Source: an uncultured Candidatus Saccharibacteria bacterium (GTDB taxonomy: Bacteria; Patescibacteriota; Doudnabacteria; UBA920). Taken from it: DNA of 64,000 bases. The notes beneath the pieces were generated by a model. That model was given only the letters and a program-made list of their open reading frames with translations, was not told where the DNA came from and did not search any database. A program made the translations under genes and the position numbers. Location of the stretch: NCBI GenBank assembly GCA_964521955.1, contig CAZFTX010000001.1:42386-106385 (forward strand), read 5' to 3'. Each line of letters opens with the position of its first letter. Position 1 is the first letter of the stretch. Shown here piece by piece: positions 1-8,066 of the stretch.

Positions 1-140
1 GCTCAATTGATTCCTTAAGACTTGCCAACAATTTTTCTTCATAAGCCAAGGTTTTTATTTCCGCTTGCAACATTCCGTGCTGTGCCTCTCCATCGAATAA
101 ACCTTCTCCCACATTTTTGATTTTTATCCATAAAATTAAT

Positions 141-1808
141 TTATTTCTTTGTCTTAACCACCGCTTTCATAAAACCATTAAACAAAGGGTGAGGGTTTAA
201 GGGGCGAGACTGAAACTCCGGGTGAAACTGACTTCCCACGAAAAAGGGATGGTCTTTTATTTCAATTATTTCTACCAGCTTACCGTCTGGGGTAGTACCG
301 GAAATAACCAAACCTGCTTCCACAAGCTTTTCCCTAAACTCGTTATTAAACTCATAACGATGGCGGTGGCGCTCGGAAATTTTGGCTTTGCCGGTCTTTT
401 TAATCAAACCTTGTTCTAAGTAAGCTTTTTCAGTTTTAGTCCCTCTGGCAATTACGCAGTCCCAAGCCCCAAGGCGCATGGTAGCCCCATATTCGCGGTT
501 TAAGAGCATTTTTTCCTGTTCAGGCATAATGTGTATGACCGGGTTAGAACTGTTTACGTCTACCTCAGTTGTGTTGGAATTTTTTAGTTTAGCTACATTT
601 CTGGCAAACTCAATAGTTGCCATTTGCATACCGTAACAAAGTCCTAAGTAAGGCACGCTGTGTTCACGGGCATACCTTATAGCTTCTATCATTCCCTCTG
701 TTCCCCTACTCCCAAACCCCCCCGGTACAACAATACCGTCAAAACCTTTTAAAATATTTTTTGCACCTTCTTTTTCTACTTTCACCGAGTCTATCCAAAC
801 TAAATTGGCTTTAACTTTGTTATTCCAAGAAGCATGCTTAATTGACTCAATAACCGAAACGTAAGAATCACTAAGCTGAAACTTACCTACGCCAAAATAT
901 TTTCCCACCACTGCAATATTTACTTCTTTTCTCAGACTCTTAATTCCGGAAACAAGTTTACGCCATTCTTTTAAGTCTTGCTTTCTTGGCTTAAGTTCTA
1001 ACTTTTGTAAAATTAATTCAGCGGCGTGCTGTTGTTCTAAAATTACCGGGACTTCGTAAATACTGGAAACATCCGGGTTAGAAAGCACGGCTTTTTTGTC
1101 TACATTACAAAACAACGCCACCCGCTCTTTACGCCTGTCGTCCACAGGAACACTGCTTCTACCGACAATTATGTCCGGCTCAATTCCCATGGAATTCAAC
1201 ATCCGCACCGACTGTTGAACCGGCTTAGACTTCATTTCCCCTAAATAAGAAGGTATGGGCAAGTAAGCTACATGAATATGAAGTATATCTTTTGGATTCC
1301 TCAATTTCATAATTCGAGTAGCTTCAAAAAAAATAGCATTTTGATATTCACCCACAGTACCACCCAATTCAACTATACAAAAATCATAACCTTTCCCGGC
1401 AACAGTCCATCTGCGAATTATTTCGTCGGTTACATGGGGTATTGCTTCTACGTCTTCTCCGTTATATTCAAAAGCACGTTCTTTTCTTAAAACTTCTGCG
1501 TAAATTTGCCCGGTGGTTATGTAATTAGCTTTATGAATCGGTTGGTCAATAAACCTTTCATAATGGCCCAAATCCTGGTCAGTTTCCATGCCGTCTTCGG
1601 TTACAAACACTTCCCCATGCTCTTGCGGACGAATGGTCCCGGCGTCCTGGTTTAAATACATGTCCACTTTAACCGGACTGACTGAAAAACCTTTACTTTT
1701 TAAAATCACCGCTATTGAAGCAGAGGTAATCCCTTTACCAATACCGGAAATAACCCCACCTGAAACAAAAATAAACTTTGTATTTTTTTTTGTGATTTTT
1801 TTCGCCAT
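141..1808 (-). CDS. pyrG: CTP synthase
   Basis: 555 aa. N-terminal synthetase domain (FVSGGVISGIGKG) plus C-terminal glutamine amidotransferase motifs (GLCYGMQ). Full-length collinear match to PyrG. Confidence 0.95.
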   Translation of the reverse strand: MAKKITKKNTKFIFVSGGVISGIGKGITSASIAVILKSKGFSVSPVKVDMYLNQDAGTIRPQEHGEVFVTEDGMETDQDLGHYERFIDQPIHKANYITTGQIYAEVLRKERAFEYNGEDVEAIPHVTDEIIRRWTVAGKGYDFCIVELGGTVGEYQNAIFFEATRIMKLRNPKDILHIHVAYLPIPSYLGEMKSKPVQQSVRMLNSMGIEPDIIVGRSSVPVDDRRKERVALFCNVDKKAVLSNPDVSSIYEVPVILEQQHAAELILQKLELKPRKQDLKEWRKLVSGIKSLRKEVNIAVVGKYFGVGKFQLSDSYVSVIESIKHASWNNKVKANLVWIDSVKVEKEGAKNILKGFDGIVVPGGFGSRGTEGMIEAIRYAREHSVPYLGLCYGMQMATIEFARNVAKLKNSNTTEVDVNSSNPVIHIMPEQEKMLLNREYGATMRLGAWDCVIARGTKTEKAYLEQGLIKKTGKAKISERHRHRYEFNNEFREKLVEAGLVISGTTPDGKLVEIIEIKDHPFFVGSQFHPEFQSRPLNPHPLFNGFMKAVVKTKK

Positions 1809-1869
1809 AAATGTGTTTGTTATTCCTGACTTAATTAGAAATCTTAAATATTGATTAATTTAGATTAAA

Positions 1870-2091
1870 CTATTCCTGAATATCGTTTAATTGAATTTGG
1901 TTAGTTCTTACTCTATGCACAGGCAAAGCACCTTCCGTCTCCAAATACAGCTGATTGCGGTAGTAATTCTGCGTAATGTACAACACAATTAAAACTGCTC
2001 CGCTGGCAATGAAGGTAAAAATTAAAACTAAAAACAAGTTTTTTAAACGAGTATTCTCTATGGGTAAATTTGGTTTTATTGAGTCTATCAT
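1870..2091 (-). CDS. small single-pass membrane protein, function unknown (weak FtsL/DivIC-like topology)
   Basis: 73 aa. One hydrophobic helix (LFLVLIFTFIASGAVLIVLYI). No recognisable family motif. Confidence 0.35.
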   Translation of the reverse strand: MIDSIKPNLPIENTRLKNLFLVLIFTFIASGAVLIVLYITQNYYRNQLYLETEGALPVHRVRTNQIQLNDIQE

Positions 2092-2137
2092 TTTTGTATG
2101 ATTCCTTCTTAAACTTAAAAAAGTAATATTTTCTATT

Positions 2138-2584
2138 CTACAAAGCTTCTACATTAATTTTTACACTTGCTAAAACCCCGGGAGCTAGCTTTATTTTTAT
2201 AGTATGCTCACCTAAAGTTTTTATTGGCGAAGCAATTTCTATTTGGCTTTTTTCAAACTCAGTTGAATGCTTACTGTTTACCGCTACAACAATTTCTTTT
2301 TCATGAACCGCCCCAAAAATTTGACCTTTAGCCCCCACTTTTACCTTTACAGAAAAAGTCTTTTTTTCTAAGTCTTGTTTTAAACTTTGGGCGTTTAAAA
2401 TTTGTTTCTGCTTTTTAGCCTCTTGTTCCTTAGCTTCTTTATTTAAACGGTTTTGCATGTCCACAGTAGCAACCTGAGCAAAACCTTTAGCAATTAAGAA
2501 GTTCTTGGCAAAACCATCCGAAACTTCTTTAACTTCCCCTCTCCTACCCTGATTTGGTGTGTCTTTTAAAAAAATTACTTTCAT
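2138..2584 (-). CDS. rplI: 50S ribosomal protein L9
   Basis: 148 aa. N-terminal MKVIFLKD..G..GEV..V..G.ARNFL is a typical L9 signature. Confidence 0.9.
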   Translation of the reverse strand: MKVIFLKDTPNQGRRGEVKEVSDGFAKNFLIAKGFAQVATVDMQNRLNKEAKEQEAKKQKQILNAQSLKQDLEKKTFSVKVKVGAKGQIFGAVHEKEIVVAVNSKHSTEFEKSQIEIASPIKTLGEHTIKIKLAPGVLASVKINVEAL

Positions 2585-2887
2585 ATAAATATAAGCCCAA
2601 TAAATTAAAAAATCTCGCCATGTGCGAGAGTCCGTTTAGCCCATTTACCTCAAACAACTTTTGGGCTCTTTTCTAGTATACTTAAATTTTAAAATAATGC
2701 AAATGTTATCCGCTGATACGCTGATTACTGCAGATTACACAGATTTTAGATAAAACTTTTAGAATCTGTGTATTTGCTTGTTTTTGCAACGAGGACTGTT
2801 TGAGCCCCACTCTTAATACAAAGACGGGGCGAGTTCCGCAGTAAAAAAACAAGCAAGTATATAGATTATTTAAAACAAACTAAACAA

Positions 2888-3811
2888 CTATATCTTTAAA
2901 TACTTACGTATAGCCATCATTGTAGAAACTATGGATAGCAATAAAGAAATTACTATCAACATAGCCAACAAATACCAATAACTAAAAACGTTCTGATTAA
3001 AAATAGTCAGTTCGGGGTTAATGAAAATGGCCACCTTAGGCATTATGCGGGTAAACACAGGTATAAACAAAAGTGCGGTAATTACCGTAGCAAAAATACT
3101 ATAAAGCATACTTTCCACCAAAAACGGCCCGCGAATATACCAATTAGTTGCACCCACTAAACGCATAATTTCCACTTCTTCTTTACGGTTGTAGATAGTC
3201 AAAGTAATGGTGTTAAAAATAACTAAAATAGCAATTAAAGAAAAGATTCCAATTAAACCCACGCCAAAAGAAACAATAAACTTCAAAATTCTATTCAGTC
3301 TCTCAATGGCACTTCTGGTTCTTTCGTCTTCATAACTTACTTTATCAATAAAATCCTGATACTTTTGATCTTGCAAAATTTCATGAATTTGAGGATAGTC
3401 CGAAAGTTCAAAAGCTTTAACATTCAAAGTTGCAGGCAGCGGGTTTTCTGTAAGTTCATTTAAAGAAGCTTGTATGAGAGGATCGTTTGCATGTTTCACT
3501 TTGAAGTCTTCAAAAGCTTGAATCGCACTGGTATATTTTATTTCTCTCACCTTTGGGTTAGATTTAATTTCGTCCTGAATACTAAAAATCCTTTCCTCAG
3601 CAAGGCCAATTTTAAAGTAAACACTTATATCTACGGTGTTCTCTATGGTTTTAAGCGAATAACTGGTGATTGCAAAAAGTAAGAATAAAATAGAAAAAAT
3701 TACCAAAGTTATACTCATAACCATGGTTGCGGTTGCTGAAAGCCAGAGATTGCGCCAAAAATTTACAAACCCGGTTTTTATAATTCTAAAAAATGAAATA
3801 GAGTCCAACAT
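2888..3811 (-). CDS. ftsX: cell-division ABC transporter permease FtsX
   Basis: 307 aa with four TM segments and a periplasmic loop. Lies directly downstream of ftsE. Confidence 0.85.
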   Translation of the reverse strand: MLDSISFFRIIKTGFVNFWRNLWLSATATMVMSITLVIFSILFLLFAITSYSLKTIENTVDISVYFKIGLAEERIFSIQDEIKSNPKVREIKYTSAIQAFEDFKVKHANDPLIQASLNELTENPLPATLNVKAFELSDYPQIHEILQDQKYQDFIDKVSYEDERTRSAIERLNRILKFIVSFGVGLIGIFSLIAILVIFNTITLTIYNRKEEVEIMRLVGATNWYIRGPFLVESMLYSIFATVITALLFIPVFTRIMPKVAIFINPELTIFNQNVFSYWYLLAMLIVISLLLSIVSTMMAIRKYLKI

Positions 3812-3927
3812 AAAAAATTTCTAATTAACCTAATATCTAATTATTCTAAAGAAATCAGAAACCCAAATGTTCTAAACTTAGAGCAATTAGGTCAATTAGT
3901 CCGCCAACTGGCGGAACTTAGAATAAT

Positions 3928-4605
3928 TTACAACTTATATTTACCTTTTTCTTGCTCCAAAGTAACTTTACCGTCTTCTATGGTAATAACTCGTTTTTTT
4001 ATTTTATTTACCAAATCGGCCGCGTGAGTAGCAAGAATAACCGTGGTTCCAAGGGTATTTATTTTTAAAAGTAAATCCAAAACTTCTTGGGCGTTTATTT
4101 CGTCCAAATTACCAGTTGGTTCGTCAGCCAAAAGTAAAACCGGCCTGTGAGACAAAGCCCTGGCAATTGCAACCCTTTGCTGTTCTCCTCCCGACATTTG
4201 AGTGGGAAAACTGTCATGTTTACGAGAAAGTCCCACTAAGTCTAAAATTTTCGGAACATCTTCAATAATTTTAGACATTTTATGCCCACAAACTTCCATA
4301 GCAAAAGCTACGTTTTCAAAAGCTGTTCTTTTCGGTAAAAGCTTAATATCCTGAAAAACTACCCCAATTTTTCGCCTTAAGTAAGGTAAGTCAGTTTTTC
4401 TTACCAAAGAAATGTCTATATCGTCAATTAAAATTTTCCCCCCATCTATACCTTCTTCCCCAATTATCAACTTTAAAAGCGTGGATTTACCGGCGCCACT
4501 TCTACCCACAAGCGAAACAAACTCTCCATGATGAATGTCTAAATTCAACCCATGCAAAGCCTTGTTATTTCCGTAATGTTTAGTAACGTTTTGAAATTTT
4601 ATCAT
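3928..4605 (-). CDS. ftsE: cell-division ATP-binding protein FtsE
   Basis: Walker A GRSGAGKST, ABC signature LSGGEQQR and Walker B LLLADEP. Start moved to the MIKFQNV methionine, because the longer ORF reads into a GC-rich structured spacer. Confidence 0.9.
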   Translation of the reverse strand: MIKFQNVTKHYGNNKALHGLNLDIHHGEFVSLVGRSGAGKSTLLKLIIGEEGIDGGKILIDDIDISLVRKTDLPYLRRKIGVVFQDIKLLPKRTAFENVAFAMEVCGHKMSKIIEDVPKILDLVGLSRKHDSFPTQMSGGEQQRVAIARALSHRPVLLLADEPTGNLDEINAQEVLDLLLKINTLGTTVILATHAADLVNKIKKRVITIEDGKVTLEQEKGKYKL

Positions 4606-4805
4606 AAGAAACCACTCCGACGTCCGCCAAAGGCGGAGTCCGGAGCCCCGATCCAAAGGCGTCGGGGCAGAGACGAAGATTACACAAATACTTCAAGATG
4701 TATTATACCAAATTTATAAAAATGATAAAAGAAAATTAGGTCGCCTTTACTTAACAACAAAGTTATGATTAAAAAACTTACCGCACCAAAGTCGAAAAAG
4801 ATGCG

Positions 4806-5852
4806 TTAGTTGAGAATATTAAAAAGCTTGATTCGCTTTCTTAGGTTTTGCGACCGACAGTGTTTTAAAACCCCGAGATAAGAACTTACTGTTTGTTTTA
4901 ATTTTTCAAGACTTATCTCTTCCCGTGTAAATTTAACAATTTTTCCATCGAGCTTTCTTAACATTCTATTTTTTGCTTTAGTTCGTAGGGACTGTCTATA
5001 AGGTAAAACTACATAGCCAAGAAAGTCTATTCCACGAGTTAGCTTATTCAAAAAAATCTTTTTAGGGTGCAGATTAAGTTTTAAATTTTCAGACAGGTAC
5101 GTTTCCATCTGGGGGATCAAGCCTTCCAGATATTTTTTATTATCGCTTACCATCACGAAATCATCTGTATAGCGTATGTAATATCTTACTTTCAGTTGAT
5201 GCTTAATAAATTTATCAAAGTTGTCGAGGTAAATGTTAGCGAATATTTGTGAAGTTAAGTTGCCAATCGGCAGTCCCTTGGCTAAATTTACTTGAAAACT
5301 ATCAATAATTTGATCAAGTAATTTCAATGCATTATGATCCGTGACCCGCCGTCGCAAGAGATCTTTGAGAATCGTATGGTCAACAGAAGCAAAAAATTTT
5401 CTAATGTCACATTTTAAGTAATAACATGGGCGGCGGTAATTCTGGCTAACTCCTTTTGTAAAGTTTTCCAAACGTTTAACCGCACGGTGAGTCCCTTTTC
5501 CGATACGGCAGGAGTAAGAATCGTAAATCAAGGTATGATCGAACAACGGGTATAAATTCCGAAAGACGGCATGATGAACAATTCTGTCACATACAGTTGC
5601 TTTGTGGATCTGGCGCAACTTAGGATCAAAGATAAGAAATGACTCATAAGGCTGGTGGGTATAAGTGTGGTTGACTAATTCATGGCGTAATTGAAAAAGG
5701 TTGTCCTCGAGGTTGCGTTCAAAATTCTGAACGTCAGGCTTACCCCGTTTACCAGCTTTAAATTCCTGCCATGACAATAATAAATTATCTAAACTAGTAA
5801 TTTGTTCAAATAATGTATGAGTTACATCCATAATGAAATTCCTATAATACAA
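4806..5852 (-). CDS. DGR-type reverse transcriptase
   Basis: 348 aa, compact for an RT. Motifs: FDPKLRQIHKATVCDRIVHHA (RT1/2), SYSCRIGKGTHRA, IRYTDDFVMVSD (YxDD catalytic) and GYVV thumb. It sits next to a cognate TR/VR. An alternative start is M8 (MDVTH, 5831). Confidence 0.9.
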   Translation of the reverse strand: MYYRNFIMDVTHTLFEQITSLDNLLLSWQEFKAGKRGKPDVQNFERNLEDNLFQLRHELVNHTYTHQPYESFLIFDPKLRQIHKATVCDRIVHHAVFRNLYPLFDHTLIYDSYSCRIGKGTHRAVKRLENFTKGVSQNYRRPCYYLKCDIRKFFASVDHTILKDLLRRRVTDHNALKLLDQIIDSFQVNLAKGLPIGNLTSQIFANIYLDNFDKFIKHQLKVRYYIRYTDDFVMVSDNKKYLEGLIPQMETYLSENLKLNLHPKKIFLNKLTRGIDFLGYVVLPYRQSLRTKAKNRMLRKLDGKIVKFTREEISLEKLKQTVSSYLGVLKHCRSQNLRKRIKLFNILN

Positions 5853-6167
5853 AAAACTTACGACCTATATAAAACAAATTACGAATATACAAAAACTTTC
5901 CCAAAAAGTGATAAATACGCCTTAGGCGAAAAATCTAAAGCAATTATTTTAGAGCTGCTAGAATTGCTAGTTGAGGCAGAAAATGCCAAGCGCGAATGGA
6001 AAGAACCAATTTTGGCAAAAGCCAGCAACAAATTAGCAGTTTTAAAACTTATGTTCCGGCTCGCCAATGAAACCAAAATCTTAGACAGCAAAAAATATTT
6101 GTCTTTAACCGACAAAAGTTTGGAAGTCGGCCGGATGCTCGGCGGCTGGCTAAAATCCGTTAAGTAG
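5817..6167 (+). CDS. avd: Avd-like accessory variability determinant (four-helix-bundle protein, TIGR02436-like)
   Basis: 116 aa and basic. Motifs FPKSDKYALGEKSKA and ...GRMLGGWLKS match the Avd / 23S-IVS four-helix-bundle family. It is encoded on the opposite strand to the RT and target, and its 5' end overlaps the RT start by 15-36 nt. Confidence 0.75.
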   Translation: MSYIHNEIPIIQKTYDLYKTNYEYTKTFPKSDKYALGEKSKAIILELLELLVEAENAKREWKEPILAKASNKLAVLKLMFRLANETKILDSKKYLSLTDKSLEVGRMLGGWLKSVK

Positions 6168-6216
6168 CCAAGGGCTCGGGTAAATCCCGAACCCTTGCGC
6201 CAAAAGAATAGACGTA

Positions 6217-6346
6217 ACGAGAAGCGACCCACGGCCGAACCGAAGTTGTGATTGGCATTATCGGTCCAGTTGTTGTCGAAGTTGAGCTTGTCATCGTTCC
6301 AGTACCAGTACAGCGAGTTGTTGAACTGGTCATCGGCATCCGGGTG
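6217..6346 (-). repeat. DGR template repeat (TR)
   Basis: About 130 bp, about 85% identical to 6746-6875. Of the 20 differences I could align, 19 sit where the TR has A on the minus strand (T on the plus strand as given). The TR reads as the Asn-rich template ...DADDQFNNSLYWYWNDDKLNFDNNWTDNANHNFGSAVGRFS. Confidence 0.85.
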
Positions 6347-6677
6347 ATTGTCTGGCTTCATCTAAAGCTGAAAAAGAAAAAATATCCTAATCCAGTCCCC
6401 AGGCCAAGCCGAGGAAAAATTTGTGGCGTCTTAAAACGCACTAAAGCCAGACAAGTAGTGTCTATCCTTTCTAAACTCACTTCTTAAAAGCAAAAGCTAT
6501 TTAAGAACTCTGGTTTAAAAAGTAAGGATTTCGGCGACCCTAATCCGTGGACAAGAGTGCATTAGCCTAATTTCCTTTTAAGTATACAGTAATTGTGGAT
6601 AACTAAAAAATTTTGCGAAGCAAGTATCAAGTATAGAAACATATGCAGAGGAAGTAATAAAATTTAAACAAAACAAA

Positions 6678-6730
6678 AGGACTTGGGAATCAAGAATCAA
6701 AAACAAATAGATTCATGATCCCAAGTCCTA
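6678..6730 (-). promoter_or_regulatory. stem-loop immediately 3' of the VR (DGR target-recognition hairpin)
   Basis: Inverted repeat aggacttggg(a)atc ... gat(c)cccaagtcct, a roughly 13-bp stem around a 25-nt AT-rich loop, about 15 nt beyond the target stop. It is absent from the TR copy. Confidence 0.6.
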
Positions 6731-6742
6731 AGTATCGAGCGA

Positions 6743-6875
6743 CTACGAGAAGCGACCCACGGCCGAACCGAAGCAGTGAAAGGCATCATCGGCCCAACCG
6801 CTGCCGAAGCCGAGCTCGTCATCGCTCCAGTACCAGAACAGCGAGTCGACGAACTGGTCATCGGCAACCGGGGCG
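6743..6875 (-). repeat. DGR variable repeat (VR) at the 3' end of the target gene, including the conserved IMH-like block
   Basis: The VR encodes ...VADDQFVDSLFWYWSDDELGFGSGWADDAFHCFGSAVGRFS*. Every TR AAC (Asn) position is a different residue in the VR. The last 27 nt (cttcggttcggccgtgggtcgcttctc on the coding strand) are identical in TR and VR and GC-rich, as expected for the conserved 3' IMH block. Homology stops there. Confidence 0.85.
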
Positions 6876-7866
6876 TAGCTGTTAGCCGGGCAGTCGATGC
6901 CTAGGTACTCGAACTTCGACATCCGGTCGGGCTGAGTAGCTATAGTGCTGCCGGTCATGATGCAGTCCTGGGGGAATTGGTTCTCCGCAAGAACGACCTT
7001 GACCCGGGACAGCCGTACCGAATGGCCGCTGTAGCTGTTGCCGGTGTTGGCACCGGCCGGAGCGAAGCAGAAGTCATCGTCCGTGGTCTCATGGAGTTTC
7101 TGCCACGTGATGATGCCTGCGGGTGTGAGCCGGACGTACTGGGCCGAAAGCTGCCCGTCGCGCCTGTTCTTGAAGCCGTGCTTGCCGAAAACCTTGCGGT
7201 AGGCCTTGCCGACTTCGGGAACGAAGTTGGCGACAACGGAGGCATAGGCTTCGCGTCCTTCGTCCGTGGTAGCGAGCGGATCGCCTTTGATGCCAAACAA
7301 CTTGGCCAGCGTGGAAAGCTTAAACCAGATCGGGATACCTTCGGTACCTTCTCCGGCCTTGGCTTCCTTGGCGAGCTTGAGGGCGGTGGCGACATTCAGC
7401 GTGGTCTTGGAGCCGAACATGTCGCGAGCGAGAGCCTGGTAGGCCGAGACATCTTCTTCCACCGGCAGGTATTTCCAGTCCGGCGGCGGCGTGAAGTGCT
7501 TTTCGGTCGAGATCTCGCCGTCGTAGAGTCCGGCAATGAACGGCCGGGCAATGGCGAAGGTTTCGGGTTGCAGGAAACAGCAAGCCTCGATCTGATCGAG
7601 CAGAACGTAAAACGGCACCTCGCTAGCCATCTGGTTGAACATGCCAGGCTCGCGGGTTTCCAAAGACAGGAACTGTCCGAGGGTTTCCGGCGTCAGCCAA
7701 GTCACTTGGAACGGCAAGCTGTCCTTGTAAGCCTGGAGAGCCTTGGCCAGTTCGGCATCAAACCGCGTGTTGTCACCTTTGTTTACGCGATCGGTTGCTT
7801 GACCGAGCGTGCGCAGGAGAGACTCCCGCTGTTCCAAAGCACCCTGATTTACAGTAGCGCTCATGA
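6743..7866 (-). CDS. DGR target (variable) protein with C-terminal VR, probably a C-type-lectin/FGE-like ligand-binding fold
   Basis: GC-rich ORF (about 57% GC against about 34% for the genome). Preferred start is the ATG at 7866, preceded by AAGGAGG. The ORF track extends to a TTG at 7996, which would add a hydrophobic leader MKLAFLLAILIAG. The C-terminal 45 aa are the VR. Confidence 0.8.
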
Positions 7867-8066
7867 TTGACCTCCTTAGTGGTCTGTTGTGTGCAAGTTG
7901 ATTTAGCCACGAGGACAAGTCCCCGAAGCTGGTTCTCACTTCCGATGAAATGAGCGTTCCGGCTATCAAAATCGCCAGCAAGAACGCTAATTTCAAAGGT
8001 TTAAAATTAGCGTATAATTATACCTGTTTTTTTAACTCCTGTCAAGGACTCCCTTTTCACAGAAAT

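Larger units (their letters stand above)
4806..7996 (-). mobile_element. diversity-generating retroelement (DGR) cassette: RT, divergent avd, TR, and target gene with VR
   Basis: All four canonical DGR parts are present. These are an RT with a YxDD motif, an Avd-like four-helix-bundle protein, a 130-bp TR/VR pair with adenine-specific differences, and a target gene with a C-terminal VR followed by a stem-loop. Confidence 0.85.

Noticed and set aside
4606-4656. N-terminal extension of the FtsE ORF (MDRGSGLRLWRTSEWFL)
   Set aside because: It is encoded by a GC-rich structured spacer. FtsE homology begins at MIKFQNV..
4806-5852. Reverse transcriptase as a group II intron or retron RT
   Set aside because: No intron RNA domains (domain V/VI) flank it and no maturase/endonuclease extension is present. 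The adjacent TR/VR pair with adenine-specific changes and an Avd-like ORF identify it as a DGR RT.
5879-6361. 160-aa minus-strand ORF covering the TR and running antisense through avd
   Set aside because: Its N-terminus is simply the TR read in the VR frame (Asn-rich, copying the VR peptide). The rest is low-complexity and antisense to a convincing Avd ORF. DGR TRs are normally non-coding.
6955-7870. Overlapping ORFs 6955..7395(-), 6977..7870(+) and 7320..7583(-) inside the DGR target gene
   Set aside because: Typical spurious long ORFs produced by high GC content in alternative frames (Pro/Arg/Ser/Ala-rich). The in-frame target ORF with its SD and VR explains the region.
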